Source: a virus (lineage: Duplodnaviria; Caudoviricetes). Taken from it: DNA of 64,000 nucleotides. Shown piece by piece: positions 30,463-39,425 of the stretch. The first letter of the stretch is position 1, and each line of letters begins with the position of its first letter. The DNA lies in the IMG/VR virus record IMGVR_UViG_3300041964_000029, positions 1,850 to 65,849 of that record; one strand, written 5' to 3'. The position numbers and the translations under genes are program-made. The notes under the pieces are model-generated. The model did not search any database, had not been told where the DNA came from, and worked only from the letters and a program-made list of their open reading frames with translations.

Positions 30463-30951
30463 TCAATTTACCCCTAAAGATCTGACAAACTTAAGTATTT
30501 TAGTGATCTTCAGAGGTTCTTTATAAATGTGCAGAGTAATATAAAGTTTCAAGAAATCAAACGGATTCCTACATACACATATTTGAACCGTGCTAGTGAC
30601 AGAATCGGATGCCTGTGCCTCAGTCCAGAATCTAGGGATATGTAGCCAAGAATCATCCTGAATCCAACCCTTAAATTTCATACGGTTGTTAAAGGTTAAA
30701 ACATCGTTAATTGCTCCGACCATATTATCAAGATCTTGTTTTCTACCTAGCTTTTTAGGGTTAACCCTGAAGATATAAACCAGACAAAAAAACTTAGGGA
30801 ATTTTTGCGGATATGCGTCGATCATTTTTTTTCTGAATTTTGTTTGCCATTGTCTATAAGTCCCATCGCTCGAATGAGTCATATTACCAGAAGCGCCGAT
30901 CATGCCTCTTGGTTTAGACATTGGATCGATCGCTATTTTAATACTAATCAT
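30463..30951 (-). CDS. rusA: RusA-family Holliday junction resolvase
   Basis: P.SKPR N-terminus, QDLDNM....ND.L and IQDDS catalytic motifs. Confidence 0.8.
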   Translation of the reverse strand: MISIKIAIDPMSKPRGMIGASGNMTHSSDGTYRQWQTKFRKKMIDAYPQKFPKFFCLVYIFRVNPKKLGRKQDLDNMVGAINDVLTFNNRMKFKGWIQDDSWLHIPRFWTEAQASDSVTSTVQICVCRNPFDFLKLYITLHIYKEPLKITKILKFVRSLGVN

Positions 30952-31177
30952 TTGTTAAAGACTCTTTAAGGGTTTTCATCTGGTCTTCTGTAGCCTCAAT
31001 CAATTCTTGAGTGTGCAAATAATAACCTTCACCAATCGGAAAAACTTCTGTGATATTTTTCCAATTTACGATTGTTAAAGCGGTGTTAATGTCTGTAGCT
31101 GTAACGGTTATTGGGTGAATAACAACTAAGCCATTTTTTACCGCTTTAACATATCCTCCAAACATTTTATATGTCAT
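30944..31177 (-). CDS. hypothetical protein
   Basis: Overlapping operon arrangement. Confidence 0.6.
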   Translation of the reverse strand: MTYKMFGGYVKAVKNGLVVIHPITVTATDINTALTIVNWKNITEVFPIGEGYYLHTQELIEATEDQMKTLKESLTND

Positions 31178-31512
31178 GGCTGCTTCCAGATGTTGATCAT
31201 GTCTTCAATATGGCACGGCATACCAGCTATTAAGGCATATAAACCAGATTCAAAATCACCATGCAGGTTAGCCACCATAAGCTTAAACCATTCTATAGAC
31301 TGTTCAGCCGTGTTTGGTAAAGCTGTATAGCCTTTAGCGTACCAATGCGATAGCGTTATACAACCACAAATCACATAGTAGCTGTTAGGATAATGTAACT
31401 GTGATTCAGCCAACTTTAATTGTTTCTTTTCACATTCTTCAAATATTTCTTTAGTACATCCTAAACCAATGCAACGTTGCAGCCAATAATCTCTTTCTAC
31501 TTTTGTGTTCAT
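31174..31512 (-). CDS. hypothetical protein
   Basis: Overlapping operon arrangement. Confidence 0.6.
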   Translation of the reverse strand: MNTKVERDYWLQRCIGLGCTKEIFEECEKKQLKLAESQLHYPNSYYVICGCITLSHWYAKGYTALPNTAEQSIEWFKLMVANLHGDFESGLYALIAGMPCHIEDMINIWKQP

Positions 31513-31742
31513 TATTCTGCCTGTTCGGGTTGAGATGTATACAGTTGAGTGAAAAAGCTTTTTAGATATTCGGTACTCCTATTTTGATCGCGTCTTAAAA
31601 CACCTCCATACTTCACAGCACCGAATGAGTGAGTAATATCATATATCATCTGTACCTCTTCCATCGTTAACGGATACTGTATACATATATCCCTTAGATT
31701 TGCCTCTATAAGCCTCTTTAAGGTGTCTTGATCAATGTTCAT
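31512..31742 (-). CDS. hypothetical protein
   Basis: Overlapping operon arrangement. Confidence 0.6.
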   Translation of the reverse strand: MNIDQDTLKRLIEANLRDICIQYPLTMEEVQMIYDITHSFGAVKYGGVLRRDQNRSTEYLKSFFTQLYTSQPEQAE

Positions 31743-32176
31743 TACTTATCTACTCCTAATAGTCTTAAAACCCGTCTAGGCAGTATTTCGCCCCTATCGT
31801 ATGCCTCTTTATATTTCTGCAACGCTTTATCCCGAATTCGGATCTTTTTCCTCATCTCCTTTTGCTCTTTCTCGCGCCAATACGAATCAAAATCTATCTT
31901 CTGAGCCTCTAGAAAAATAGGCGGATTAGCTAGAATTTCATCGATCAGCGATCGCCCAATCTTAAAAGCTTTTGAATTAATCGGTGTTTTATCTTTAGGA
32001 TAAAAAACCAGTCCATTATCATGCATCTTGATCACAGCTTGTCTAAACCGTGTGTCTAAAGGCTCATAAGGTACAGGATAGCGCGTTATCTTTACCCATT
32101 TAGCCGTATGTGGGTTAAACTTCCATAGACTTAACCAAACCGTTTTTGAATCTGTCTTAACTAATAGTAGTGCCAT
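31742..32176 (-). CDS. hypothetical protein; C-terminus resembles the MTase C-terminal extension
   Basis: YKEAYDRGEILPRRVLRLL vs YKQMHEAGETIPDRVLSLL. Confidence 0.65.
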   Translation of the reverse strand: MALLLVKTDSKTVWLSLWKFNPHTAKWVKITRYPVPYEPLDTRFRQAVIKMHDNGLVFYPKDKTPINSKAFKIGRSLIDEILANPPIFLEAQKIDFDSYWREKEQKEMRKKIRIRDKALQKYKEAYDRGEILPRRVLRLLGVDK

Positions 32177-32232
32177 TTTTAAGCCTCATAGGGTGATGAG
32201 AGGTGAAGCAATTCACCTCTCATCATGTATAA

Positions 32233-32439
32233 CTAAACTGTAAAACCTGCTTCAATAATGCATTTTTGCGGTTTGATAGTCCAGACTGACCAAGCTGTTT
32301 TGCTTTCAAAAATCTTTTTTAGAAAAGCTTCACCGAAATGTTTTACCGCTTCATCGTATGTAAAGTATAACTCAGTACTATAGATATTACTGAAATTTAA
32401 TGATGTAGCGTCAATATTGAATTGGGTTAGGTAGGACAT
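32233..32439 (-). CDS. hypothetical early protein
   Basis: Behind a repeat unit; followed by a hairpin near 32195. Confidence 0.65.
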   Translation of the reverse strand: MSYLTQFNIDATSLNFSNIYSTELYFTYDEAVKHFGEAFLKKIFESKTAWSVWTIKPQKCIIEAGFTV

Positions 32440-32567
32440 TGTTTTTAACTCCGGTGTAGTTTGTTTTCTCTTGTCTTCACCAAGTATAGGTTAAAGACTC
32501 TTTAATCGTCCACTGTTTTAGAAAAGAACTGTCACACACTCGCTATGTGACAGTTCAGAGGAATCAT

Positions 32568-32756
32568 CTAAACAGGGGATTTTGGGACTAATACAACTGT
32601 ATCAGGTTTAAGATCTTTATGTGACATACCGGATCGACCACTAAAATATCCATCCGAATCTTTATAAAAATTCCATTCCATAGAATCTTTTAGGGTGAAT
32701 CTATCACCTGTTCTTAAATCACTGTATGTTGTCTCTTGCCATTGTTGCTGAGTCAT
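32568..32756 (-). CDS. hypothetical early protein (start revised)
   Basis: ATG after the RBS of the repeat unit. Confidence 0.6.
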   Translation of the reverse strand: MTQQQWQETTYSDLRTGDRFTLKDSMEWNFYKDSDGYFSGRSGMSHKDLKPDTVVLVPKSPV

Positions 32757-32836
32757 TTTTTTTTTGCTCCGGTGTAGTTTATTTTCGCTTGTCTTCACCA
32801 AGTATAAGTTAAAGACTCTTTAATCGTCAAGAGTAT

Positions 32837-33391
32837 TCAGAAAAATCTTTTTAAGTACTTTCTCACATGACTATCATAAATACGTTCTGAGCTAATCCTC
32901 CGTGTATTGTTAGCAAGCGTTAAAATCTCTTGATACACCTGTGTTAAAGGTAAATCATTTATACGGCTGCAACGTTCCATAACAACAGCACTATTAAGAC
33001 TCAGATTATTTTGTCTAATCTGTTCTACCAACCAATCCGGCATTGTAGATACACGGATCAACTGACCTATATAAGCGGTTGATCTTCCTGTCAATGCTAC
33101 ACAAGCTTGTATAGCTGCTGAACGTGCAAACTTTTTACTTTTGCCTGATTCCTTTGCGATGTTCAAAGCATCTTTGTAGAAGCTTGTTACCCTAGCAGAC
33201 AGAGTTAAAACGTCCTCAGAATATTTGCAGGGTGCATCAATCGTTAGGCATACTAAAACACCATCACTATCAGCATTATCAATCGCTATTGTTTGATCTG
33301 GCTGTTGCAACCATTCGTTATGATCAGAATTAAATACTGATACTTTTAGACTGATTGATCCGGATTTAGTTTGAGCAAAAAACTGTGTCAT
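32837..33391 (-). CDS. ParB-type HTH protein lacking an intact CTPase domain (paralogue of 34066-35646)
   Basis: AAIQACVALTGRSTAYIGQLIRVSTMPDWL aligns with IATQACVVLTGKSQAYVGQLIKLATMPDWL. Confidence 0.75.
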   Translation of the reverse strand: MTQFFAQTKSGSISLKVSVFNSDHNEWLQQPDQTIAIDNADSDGVLVCLTIDAPCKYSEDVLTLSARVTSFYKDALNIAKESGKSKKFARSAAIQACVALTGRSTAYIGQLIRVSTMPDWLVEQIRQNNLSLNSAVVMERCSRINDLPLTQVYQEILTLANNTRRISSERIYDSHVRKYLKRFF

Positions 33392-33396
33392 CTTAC

Positions 33397-33594
33397 TTAT
33401 GCCTCTAATCTAATAATCTGGCAGTCTTCACCATGTCTAGAAATTAAAAAATTTTTCAGATTTTCGATTAAAACAGATTTAATAGTTACATCTCTATAAC
33501 CTCTAAAACATCTGATAGATCGATACTCAGATACTATATAACCTTTTGAAACTTTTTGTATATGATATTCAGAAGAATTAATTCTAATACTCAT
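33397..33594 (-). CDS. hypothetical early protein
   Basis: Behind a repeat unit. Confidence 0.6.
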   Translation of the reverse strand: MSIRINSSEYHIQKVSKGYIVSEYRSIRCFRGYRDVTIKSVLIENLKNFLISRHGEDCQIIRLEA

Positions 33595-33711
33595 TTTTGG
33601 CTCCGGTGTTTTCTCTTGTCTTCACCAAGTATAGGCTAAAGACTCTTTAATCGTCCACTATTTTAGAAAAGAACTGTCACACACTCGCTATGTGACAGTT
33701 CAGAGGAATCA

Positions 33712-33936
33712 TTATCGAAGTTTACACATCGTAATGACGATCGCCAATTCTCTTATGCTATCAACCGAATGTTGGCGATACTTTCTAGCGTCCTCCACAT
33801 TATCAAATTTCACAAAGTTATTGCCAGCATAGCCGTAAGATGCCCAATCACCGCTAGGGTGTACTACTGATACATTACCAGTATTAGGATCGATTTTAGC
33901 AGGTGCATATTGGGTCAGAGAGTGATGAACTAACAT
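33712..33936 (-). CDS. hypothetical early protein
   Basis: Between repeat units. Confidence 0.65.
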   Translation of the reverse strand: MLVHHSLTQYAPAKIDPNTGNVSVVHPSGDWASYGYAGNNFVKFDNVEDARKYRQHSVDSIRELAIVITMCKLR

Positions 33937-34003
33937 AATTTTCGGCTCCGGTGTTTTTGCTTGTCTTCACCAAGTATAAAGCCTAAAGAGTCTTTAAGTC
34001 AAT

Positions 34004-34037
34004 AAAAAAGTGGCACACTGTTAATGTGCCACTTTTT
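34004..34037. terminator. intrinsic terminator after the ParB-like gene
   Basis: aaaaaagtggcacac-tgttaa-tgtgccactttttg hairpin with tracts on both sides. Confidence 0.8.
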
Positions 34038-34065
34038 GCTACTTTAGAGAAAACCGGATCAAATG

Positions 34066-35646
34066 TTACTCTACAGTAGCGGTAAACTCACCATCTATAG
34101 CGGTAATAACCTCATCTAGTTCTGTTAGATCTTCATCGTCCAGACTTTCAGAATCATCGTCTACACCGTCCAGTTCACCTTCCAGATCTTCAAGTTCATC
34201 GTCCGTTACTTCAGAAACTTCACCATCATTCTGAATCAACCCTAAAGACTTATTTAGTCCATTAAATTGGTTGTAAACCTGTGTCAATTCTTCAGGGTTA
34301 AACGCTTTTTTCAAATCTAGGGCATCAAAAAGCGTTACGGTTGCAATCTTCAGGCTATCAAGTGATGCACCTGCTTCGGTGTCACTGATGAGGGACTCAG
34401 CAAACATTAAACCGATCATCTGACCAGCAACTTTAAGGGCAGATACAGCCCGTTTTGTGTTGCGTGTAACTTCCTCATCATCATCACCCATCGCATTAGG
34501 ATCGATTTGGGTGAAGGCAGAAACATTCAAAAGAGTCTTTAACGTTTCTGCAACAGAAGGTAAAACGCTAGCAGCCTTAGAAACGTCGATCACTTGTGCT
34601 TTAAGGGCAGAAGACAGGATCTTAGCTGTGGAGGTGTTAGTTTTTGCTAATAACTCCATATGAAGGTCGTTCACTTCCTCAACTTCAAGATCTTGGAGTG
34701 CTGTTAAAGACTCAAAGATAGAGTCCTCCGCAATTTTAGGATCTACCACTTTTCTAGGTGCAGCAGTTGAACCACCTTCACCAGATCCAGAAGATCCACC
34801 TTCTGAGCCTTCACCTGATCCACCTTCATTAGTTTCAGTTTTACCAGATCCAACACTCTTGATAAATTTATCAAGATGTTGCTTTTTGTAAATCGCTGGT
34901 GATCCTACTGCAAGCGATTCGGCACCTTGAAAAACTGACTCTAGAGGCATACCAGAGGAATCAGAGAACCGTTGCATATTGATTGCTGTATCAGCGTTCA
35001 ATCGTTTGTTTTGAACGTGTGTCAACAACCAATCAGGCATTGTTGCCAGCTTAATAAGCTGACCCACATATGCTTGTGATTTACCAGTAAGGACTACACA
35101 AGCTTGTGTAGCGATGGCACCAGCTTGTTTTTCATTTTTGCCAGAAGCTACAGCCCGTTCGAATGCATTCTGGTAGAAACCTGATACAGTCTTACACACA
35201 TCAATAATTTGATGGCGATTAGTTGTATCATTATCCGAGATTTGCAGCCTTACTAGAGTTTCGTAGGTAGGCTCAACCAATAGCCGTTTGATACTGACAG
35301 GCTGAAATGTCATACCTTTGTATTTGGTATCGTTCAACATTTCAGTGATGCAACGTACACGGCTATTACCAGCAAGGTAGAAAAGTTTGCCGTCAAACTC
35401 AAATACAGTTAAAGAGTTTGTAACACGGACAACGGGTTTTTCACCATTTTCGCCGCGAAAAATCAGATCCTCTTTTAACTGTTCAATGTCTTCTGCTGCG
35501 ATGTTAGCAACATTACCACGAACGTAGAACTGTGTAGGGCAGAATGCAGCATGATTCAAAAGTTCACTTGCTTCTACTTCGTAAGTATCAGAGTAAATTT
35601 TTTGTTCAGTCAAAAGTTGAGCAGTAGCAGGAGTAGCAGCAGTCAT
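34066..35646 (-). CDS. ParB/Spo0J-like protein (ParB N-domain, HTH, Gly/Ser linker, helical domain, acidic tail)
   Basis: DIEQLKEDL...G, FYLAGNSRVR (G.RR-like box), QISDN, TGKSQAYVGQLIKL..MP Spo0J-type HTH. Confidence 0.75.
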   Translation of the reverse strand: MTAATPATAQLLTEQKIYSDTYEVEASELLNHAAFCPTQFYVRGNVANIAAEDIEQLKEDLIFRGENGEKPVVRVTNSLTVFEFDGKLFYLAGNSRVRCITEMLNDTKYKGMTFQPVSIKRLLVEPTYETLVRLQISDNDTTNRHQIIDVCKTVSGFYQNAFERAVASGKNEKQAGAIATQACVVLTGKSQAYVGQLIKLATMPDWLLTHVQNKRLNADTAINMQRFSDSSGMPLESVFQGAESLAVGSPAIYKKQHLDKFIKSVGSGKTETNEGGSGEGSEGGSSGSGEGGSTAAPRKVVDPKIAEDSIFESLTALQDLEVEEVNDLHMELLAKTNTSTAKILSSALKAQVIDVSKAASVLPSVAETLKTLLNVSAFTQIDPNAMGDDDEEVTRNTKRAVSALKVAGQMIGLMFAESLISDTEAGASLDSLKIATVTLFDALDLKKAFNPEELTQVYNQFNGLNKSLGLIQNDGEVSEVTDDELEDLEGELDGVDDDSESLDDEDLTELDEVITAIDGEFTATVE

Positions 35647-35756
35647 TGTTTTTGTCCTTTAAGTTTGAGGTGTTTTGTTTTCTTGTCTCTTCACTTAATA
35701 TAAGTGATCTAGTTTTAGAAGTCAAGCTATTTTAGAAAATAGTTTTTGAAGACTCT

Positions 35757-36167
35757 TTAACACAGATCACCCACTTTAAGCACACGTTCAACTTGGTGTA
35801 ACTCAGCAGCCGTTATAAATGTCGATCCACCTCTCTTGGCTGCATTATAACATAATTGATAGACTTTACCAATTGGATGTTGTGAAATTTTACTAACTCT
35901 AATCATCATTAGAGCAACAGCAATATTCAAATCATCACTACTCACCTTCATAGCCAACCATAAAGGCAGATGCATTAGTTCTAACATCTGATAGACGTAC
36001 AACGAATTACAGTTGAAATGTTCAACACATTTACTAACGGCTGCTGTATCGGCATGAATGCCAGTACTACCAACACGCATATAACATTCGGAATAGTACC
36101 GATCATAAGCATCACTAACTTTTTGAGCAAAAATTAAAAGATCTGTTTTCTGTTTTGTCTCTGTCAT
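35757..36167 (-). CDS. ParB-type HTH-only paralogue
   Basis: AAVSKCVEHFNCNSLYVYQMLELMHLPLWL....L....A..M pattern. Confidence 0.6.
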   Translation of the reverse strand: MTETKQKTDLLIFAQKVSDAYDRYYSECYMRVGSTGIHADTAAVSKCVEHFNCNSLYVYQMLELMHLPLWLAMKVSSDDLNIAVALMMIRVSKISQHPIGKVYQLCYNAAKRGGSTFITAAELHQVERVLKVGDLC

Positions 36168-36289
36168 TTGTCTATGATTCCTGTGTGAAGGTGTTCATCT
36201 ATTAATATGCCACAGGTTAAGCCAAAAGTAAAGAGTCTTTAGAAAATAAATCCTAAAGACTCTTTAAGCGATCGCTTACCATAAGCGGT

Positions 36290-36706
36290 TTAATTTGTCA
36301 AGCCTCTCTTAACGATTTGAAAACTTGCCATTGTAGGATTTTTTTCGCCTCTACTTTTTGATAAATCTAAGGTGATATTAAAAACATCTCTCAACACAGC
36401 ATCCTTAGAATCTGCATAACGTATCATATCTAATGCTAATGTTGGATGGATTACACAGGATTGAATTTCTTTTACAATCCAATATGGCATATCTAAAATT
36501 TTTAACGCTAATCCAACTTCAAACTGTGAAATATTGAAAGTTGCTGCACAGTGTTTAGAAGCTGTCAGTGTAGCGTGTTTATTAGCACTTAGACCAGATT
36601 TACCAGACTCTAACAATTCATCAAAAGTTTTAGCGTATGTATGACTATACGCTTGATAAATTTCTTCAGCTTGATCAAGTAGATTACTAATTGTTGTGCT
36701 GTTCAT
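36290..36706 (-). CDS. ParB-type HTH-only paralogue (start revised)
   Basis: ESGKS...A...A..HCAATFNISQFEVGLALKILDMPYWI pattern. Confidence 0.6.
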   Translation of the reverse strand: MNSTTISNLLDQAEEIYQAYSHTYAKTFDELLESGKSGLSANKHATLTASKHCAATFNISQFEVGLALKILDMPYWIVKEIQSCVIHPTLALDMIRYADSKDAVLRDVFNITLDLSKSRGEKNPTMASFQIVKRGLTN

Positions 36707-36777
36707 TTGTTGTTTTTTCCAGTGTGGTTTTTGTCTTGTCTTCACCAAGCATAGCTTAAAGGCTCTTTAGCGTCAAG

Positions 36778-37203
36778 CTACATACAATTTTCTATATCCT
36801 GATCAGTCATGCTCAGATACTTGGAAACTAATTCTAATCTAGAATCAAATTTACCAATATTGTAACAATTCCATTGCCATTTATTACCCACAGTTTTATT
36901 AATACTGTGCATTAATATTGTCTCTTTACCTTCATTATCGCTCATAACAGCATCAAATAATATTGGTGTAGTGCCATTATACATTGACGGACGAAAATAA
37001 ATTTTTAATTCATCCACAACTATTGGTTTTTTCTCAGATCTTATGATTGTCTGCTTTTTAACTTTTGCTTTTATACCTCTCTTTTCTCTGTTCAACTGTT
37101 GATAAATTTTTTGTGGATCAATTTTGAGTTTGGCTGCAATATCTTTAACCGTCCCTATTTCACCAGCATATTCAACTATTTTACCTTGTCCTAACAACGG
37201 CAT
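36778..37203 (-). CDS. hypothetical protein with N-terminal HTH
   Basis: TVKDIAAKLKIDPQKIYQQL. Confidence 0.6.
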   Translation of the reverse strand: MPLLGQGKIVEYAGEIGTVKDIAAKLKIDPQKIYQQLNREKRGIKAKVKKQTIIRSEKKPIVVDELKIYFRPSMYNGTTPILFDAVMSDNEGKETILMHSINKTVGNKWQWNCYNIGKFDSRLELVSKYLSMTDQDIENCM

Positions 37204-37277
37204 AATTTTCTCCGGTTTGTTTTGCTCTTGTCTTCACCAATGCTAGCTTAAAGGCTCTTTAGCGTCAAGCTATCCTC

Positions 37278-37481
37278 TTAATGTTTTGTGTATAACCAAT
37301 CTAGTTTTGGGTTAGCTCTAAGAAAGTTTTCTTTTGTAAAAATAATGTTACCATGTCTATTAACAATTATATCCGGTTTGTGTCCAGCGATCGCAAGAGT
37401 ATTAAAAATTTCTATAGCATTATTACGATTATCCGCTAAAGATAAAACAGATAAATGATTCATAATCTTAAATTTTGCCAT
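37278..37481 (-). CDS. hypothetical early protein
   Basis: AGGAG RBS behind a promoter-only unit. Confidence 0.6.
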   Translation of the reverse strand: MAKFKIMNHLSVLSLADNRNNAIEIFNTLAIAGHKPDIIVNRHGNIIFTKENFLRANPKLDWLYTKH

Positions 37482-37545
37482 TTGTCTATTCTCCTGTATG
37501 GTGTAGTTTTACCAAGCATAGCTTAAAGGCTCTTTAATCGTCAAG

Positions 37546-38241
37546 CTATCCTCTTAATTGATTAATTGTACCTTTTGTACTATCAATCAATCCTAGCGTG
37601 ATTTTATGGGCGTTAGGATGCATGGCTTTAGCCATAACCTGATCTACAACTTTCAGATTGATCGGCTTATCATCCACAGCAGATTCGACAAAAAAGAAAA
37701 TATTTATTTTTGTTACAGTTTGAACTTTAGGATCAAACTTTGATGAAATCATAATGATAGGATTTCTTTTTTCTGATCCGTTTTGCCGTTCACTTACCAG
37801 TGCAGTATAGATTGGTTTGTTAGCTACATCTGCTGTATCAAATAATTCTAAATCTGGATAACGTAGTTGGAAAGCTGCGATAAATTTGTTTCTATTTTCT
37901 ATTCTTGTTTCACCTAAAAATAAATAATGATTTAGCGGCAATTCACTGATAAGTAAAGAATCATCTTTTGGTTTTGCTGGTATTAAATCAGGTTTATTAA
38001 ATAGTGCTTCTGTAACCGTTGCGTCCGTCCATTCCTCATACAGTGCTGTAATAGGCTCAATACGGACAATCTGGTTACATAGTTCTAACGATACGCTAGA
38101 AGCTGCAACGATGCCTACTAGGACGATAAAACGATCATAAAGATTACTTAGAGCAAACACGGCAACAATAGCCAGAATATTCAAAACAGTTAATAAGACT
38201 GTTGCACGTAAAGCAATCGATCTAAACTTTTCTAGTAGCAT
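37546..38241 (-). CDS. membrane protein (2 N-terminal TM helices)
   Basis: Hydrophobic N-terminal segments. Confidence 0.65.
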   Translation of the reverse strand: MLLEKFRSIALRATVLLTVLNILAIVAVFALSNLYDRFIVLVGIVAASSVSLELCNQIVRIEPITALYEEWTDATVTEALFNKPDLIPAKPKDDSLLISELPLNHYLFLGETRIENRNKFIAAFQLRYPDLELFDTADVANKPIYTALVSERQNGSEKRNPIIMISSKFDPKVQTVTKINIFFFVESAVDDKPINLKVVDQVMAKAMHPNAHKITLGLIDSTKGTINQLRG

Positions 38242-38249
38242 GATTGATC

Positions 38250-38492
38250 CTATGTTAATCTTTTGTGCAGAATGCCAGCTAATGTATTTAACAAAGTTTC
38301 AGGATGATAGTTATATCTAATCCGTTCAGCAGCAATAAAGCGATCGCCAGATAAGAACGCTATACGCTCAAGATAAATATAATTCTCATCATCGCTAACC
38401 CTTGCTAACAATTCACCATCGTCATTTAATACAACTTCACCAACTTCTAATTCAGATGCAGGTTTAACATAGACAGGATTCAACATTTTCAT
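38250..38492 (-). CDS. hypothetical protein
   Basis: AGGAG RBS. Confidence 0.6.
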   Translation of the reverse strand: MKMLNPVYVKPASELEVGEVVLNDDGELLARVSDDENYIYLERIAFLSGDRFIAAERIRYNYHPETLLNTLAGILHKRLT

Positions 38493-38497
38493 TTCTC

Positions 38498-38749
38498 CTA
38501 AAGAGTCTTTAATGATTTTTTCATGCGTTTATTTTCTTCTATTATATGTTCCCATAAAATCATACATAATTTATTTAGATTTTTTGCTTCAAGTATGACA
38601 CCACTATTTTTTATTGTTGCACGATACTTAAAACTTTCAGGATCACCACAAACAAACTGTCCAACAGTCGTAAATTCAACACCTGTAAAAATGTTAGATA
38701 CATCCGATTCAAGTAATGTCATCATCATCGATCCGCTAAAATTTAACAT
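38498..38749 (-). CDS. hypothetical protein
   Basis: Operon arrangement. Confidence 0.55.
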   Translation of the reverse strand: MLNFSGSMMMTLLESDVSNIFTGVEFTTVGQFVCGDPESFKYRATIKNSGVILEAKNLNKLCMILWEHIIEENKRMKKSLKTL

Positions 38750-39122
38750 TGATAAACCAGAATGAACTAGATACGAACATCAATACAAGCAAAATTACAA
38801 ATGTATCGGCTGCAATACGATCCATTAATGTCAGGTAAGCTAATGCAAAAATGATGAGGGTAAAGGTCAAAAAGAATGCAACAAAATAGAAAATAGAAAA
38901 ATACAAATAGCTATAAAAAATAGAAAACCATAAGCAACCAAATAAACCGAGCATCAAAAAGAGTTTATTAATCACTTTCAAAATACTTGCAGTTATGGGT
39001 TTTTGATAGGGCTGATCCGGATAATTTATGTACTGATTTCTGATCTTAAAATTCAAGAATTTAGCCAACGTTTTATTGTTAGCTACTGAAGAATTAATTT
39101 GAAACTCACTATCATCTGACAT
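38736..39122 (-). CDS. membrane protein (3 TM; holin-like topology possible)
   Basis: Three hydrophobic segments. Confidence 0.55.
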   Translation of the reverse strand: MSDDSEFQINSSVANNKTLAKFLNFKIRNQYINYPDQPYQKPITASILKVINKLFLMLGLFGCLWFSIFYSYLYFSIFYFVAFFLTFTLIIFALAYLTLMDRIAADTFVILLVLMFVSSSFWFINVKF

Positions 39123-39133
39123 TTGCTTTAGTC

Positions 39134-39424
39134 CTAATGGGTAACATTATAGAGCATACATGAAAAAATTTCTGTATATGTCTGATCCTCATCATCACCT
39201 ATATTAACAACAAAATCTAATCTACCAGTGTATAGATTAAGCCTAGCTAATGCCCCCGCATAGGTTGATCCATCTGATAAATAAACTAACACATTACGAT
39301 AGATCACATAGTTTTGATATGGCTCAACAAACCTAAATCTAATTTTTTCAACAGTAAGATCAAGTCTTTTCTGTGGCTTGTTTTTCTGTTCGTGTGCTTT
39401 CTCAAGCTTTCTTAATTGCCCCAT
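39134..39424 (-). CDS. hypothetical protein
   Basis: AGGAG RBS. Confidence 0.6.
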   Translation of the reverse strand: MGQLRKLEKAHEQKNKPQKRLDLTVEKIRFRFVEPYQNYVIYRNVLVYLSDGSTYAGALARLNLYTGRLDFVVNIGDDEDQTYTEIFSCMLYNVTH

Positions 39425-39425
39425 T

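Larger units (their letters stand above)
23831..37545 (-). promoter_or_regulatory. family of about 19 repeated early expression units (hairpin, -35, palindrome operator, -10 TATACT, leader, CCGGAG RBS)
   Basis: Full copies of about 105-110 bp near 23831, 24172, 24721, 27470, 28101, 28659, 29240, 29739, 32448, 33599; promoter-only copies near 25536, 26510, 27131, 30154, 32766, 33944, 36720, 37210, 37505. Confidence 0.9.

Noticed and set aside
23831-33701. Repeat units as a CRISPR array or true integron attC sites
   Set aside because: The intervening sequences are whole genes of variable length, the units contain -35/-10/RBS elements, and no cas gene, tyrosine integrase or attC RYYYAAC/GTTRRRY ends were recognised.
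24166-36748. Shared N-terminal peptide MVKTRE...PEPKT in several ORF-track proteins as a signal or export tag
   Set aside because: It is the translated repeat leader from a TTG right at the -10 box; the real ATG follows the CCGGAG RBS.
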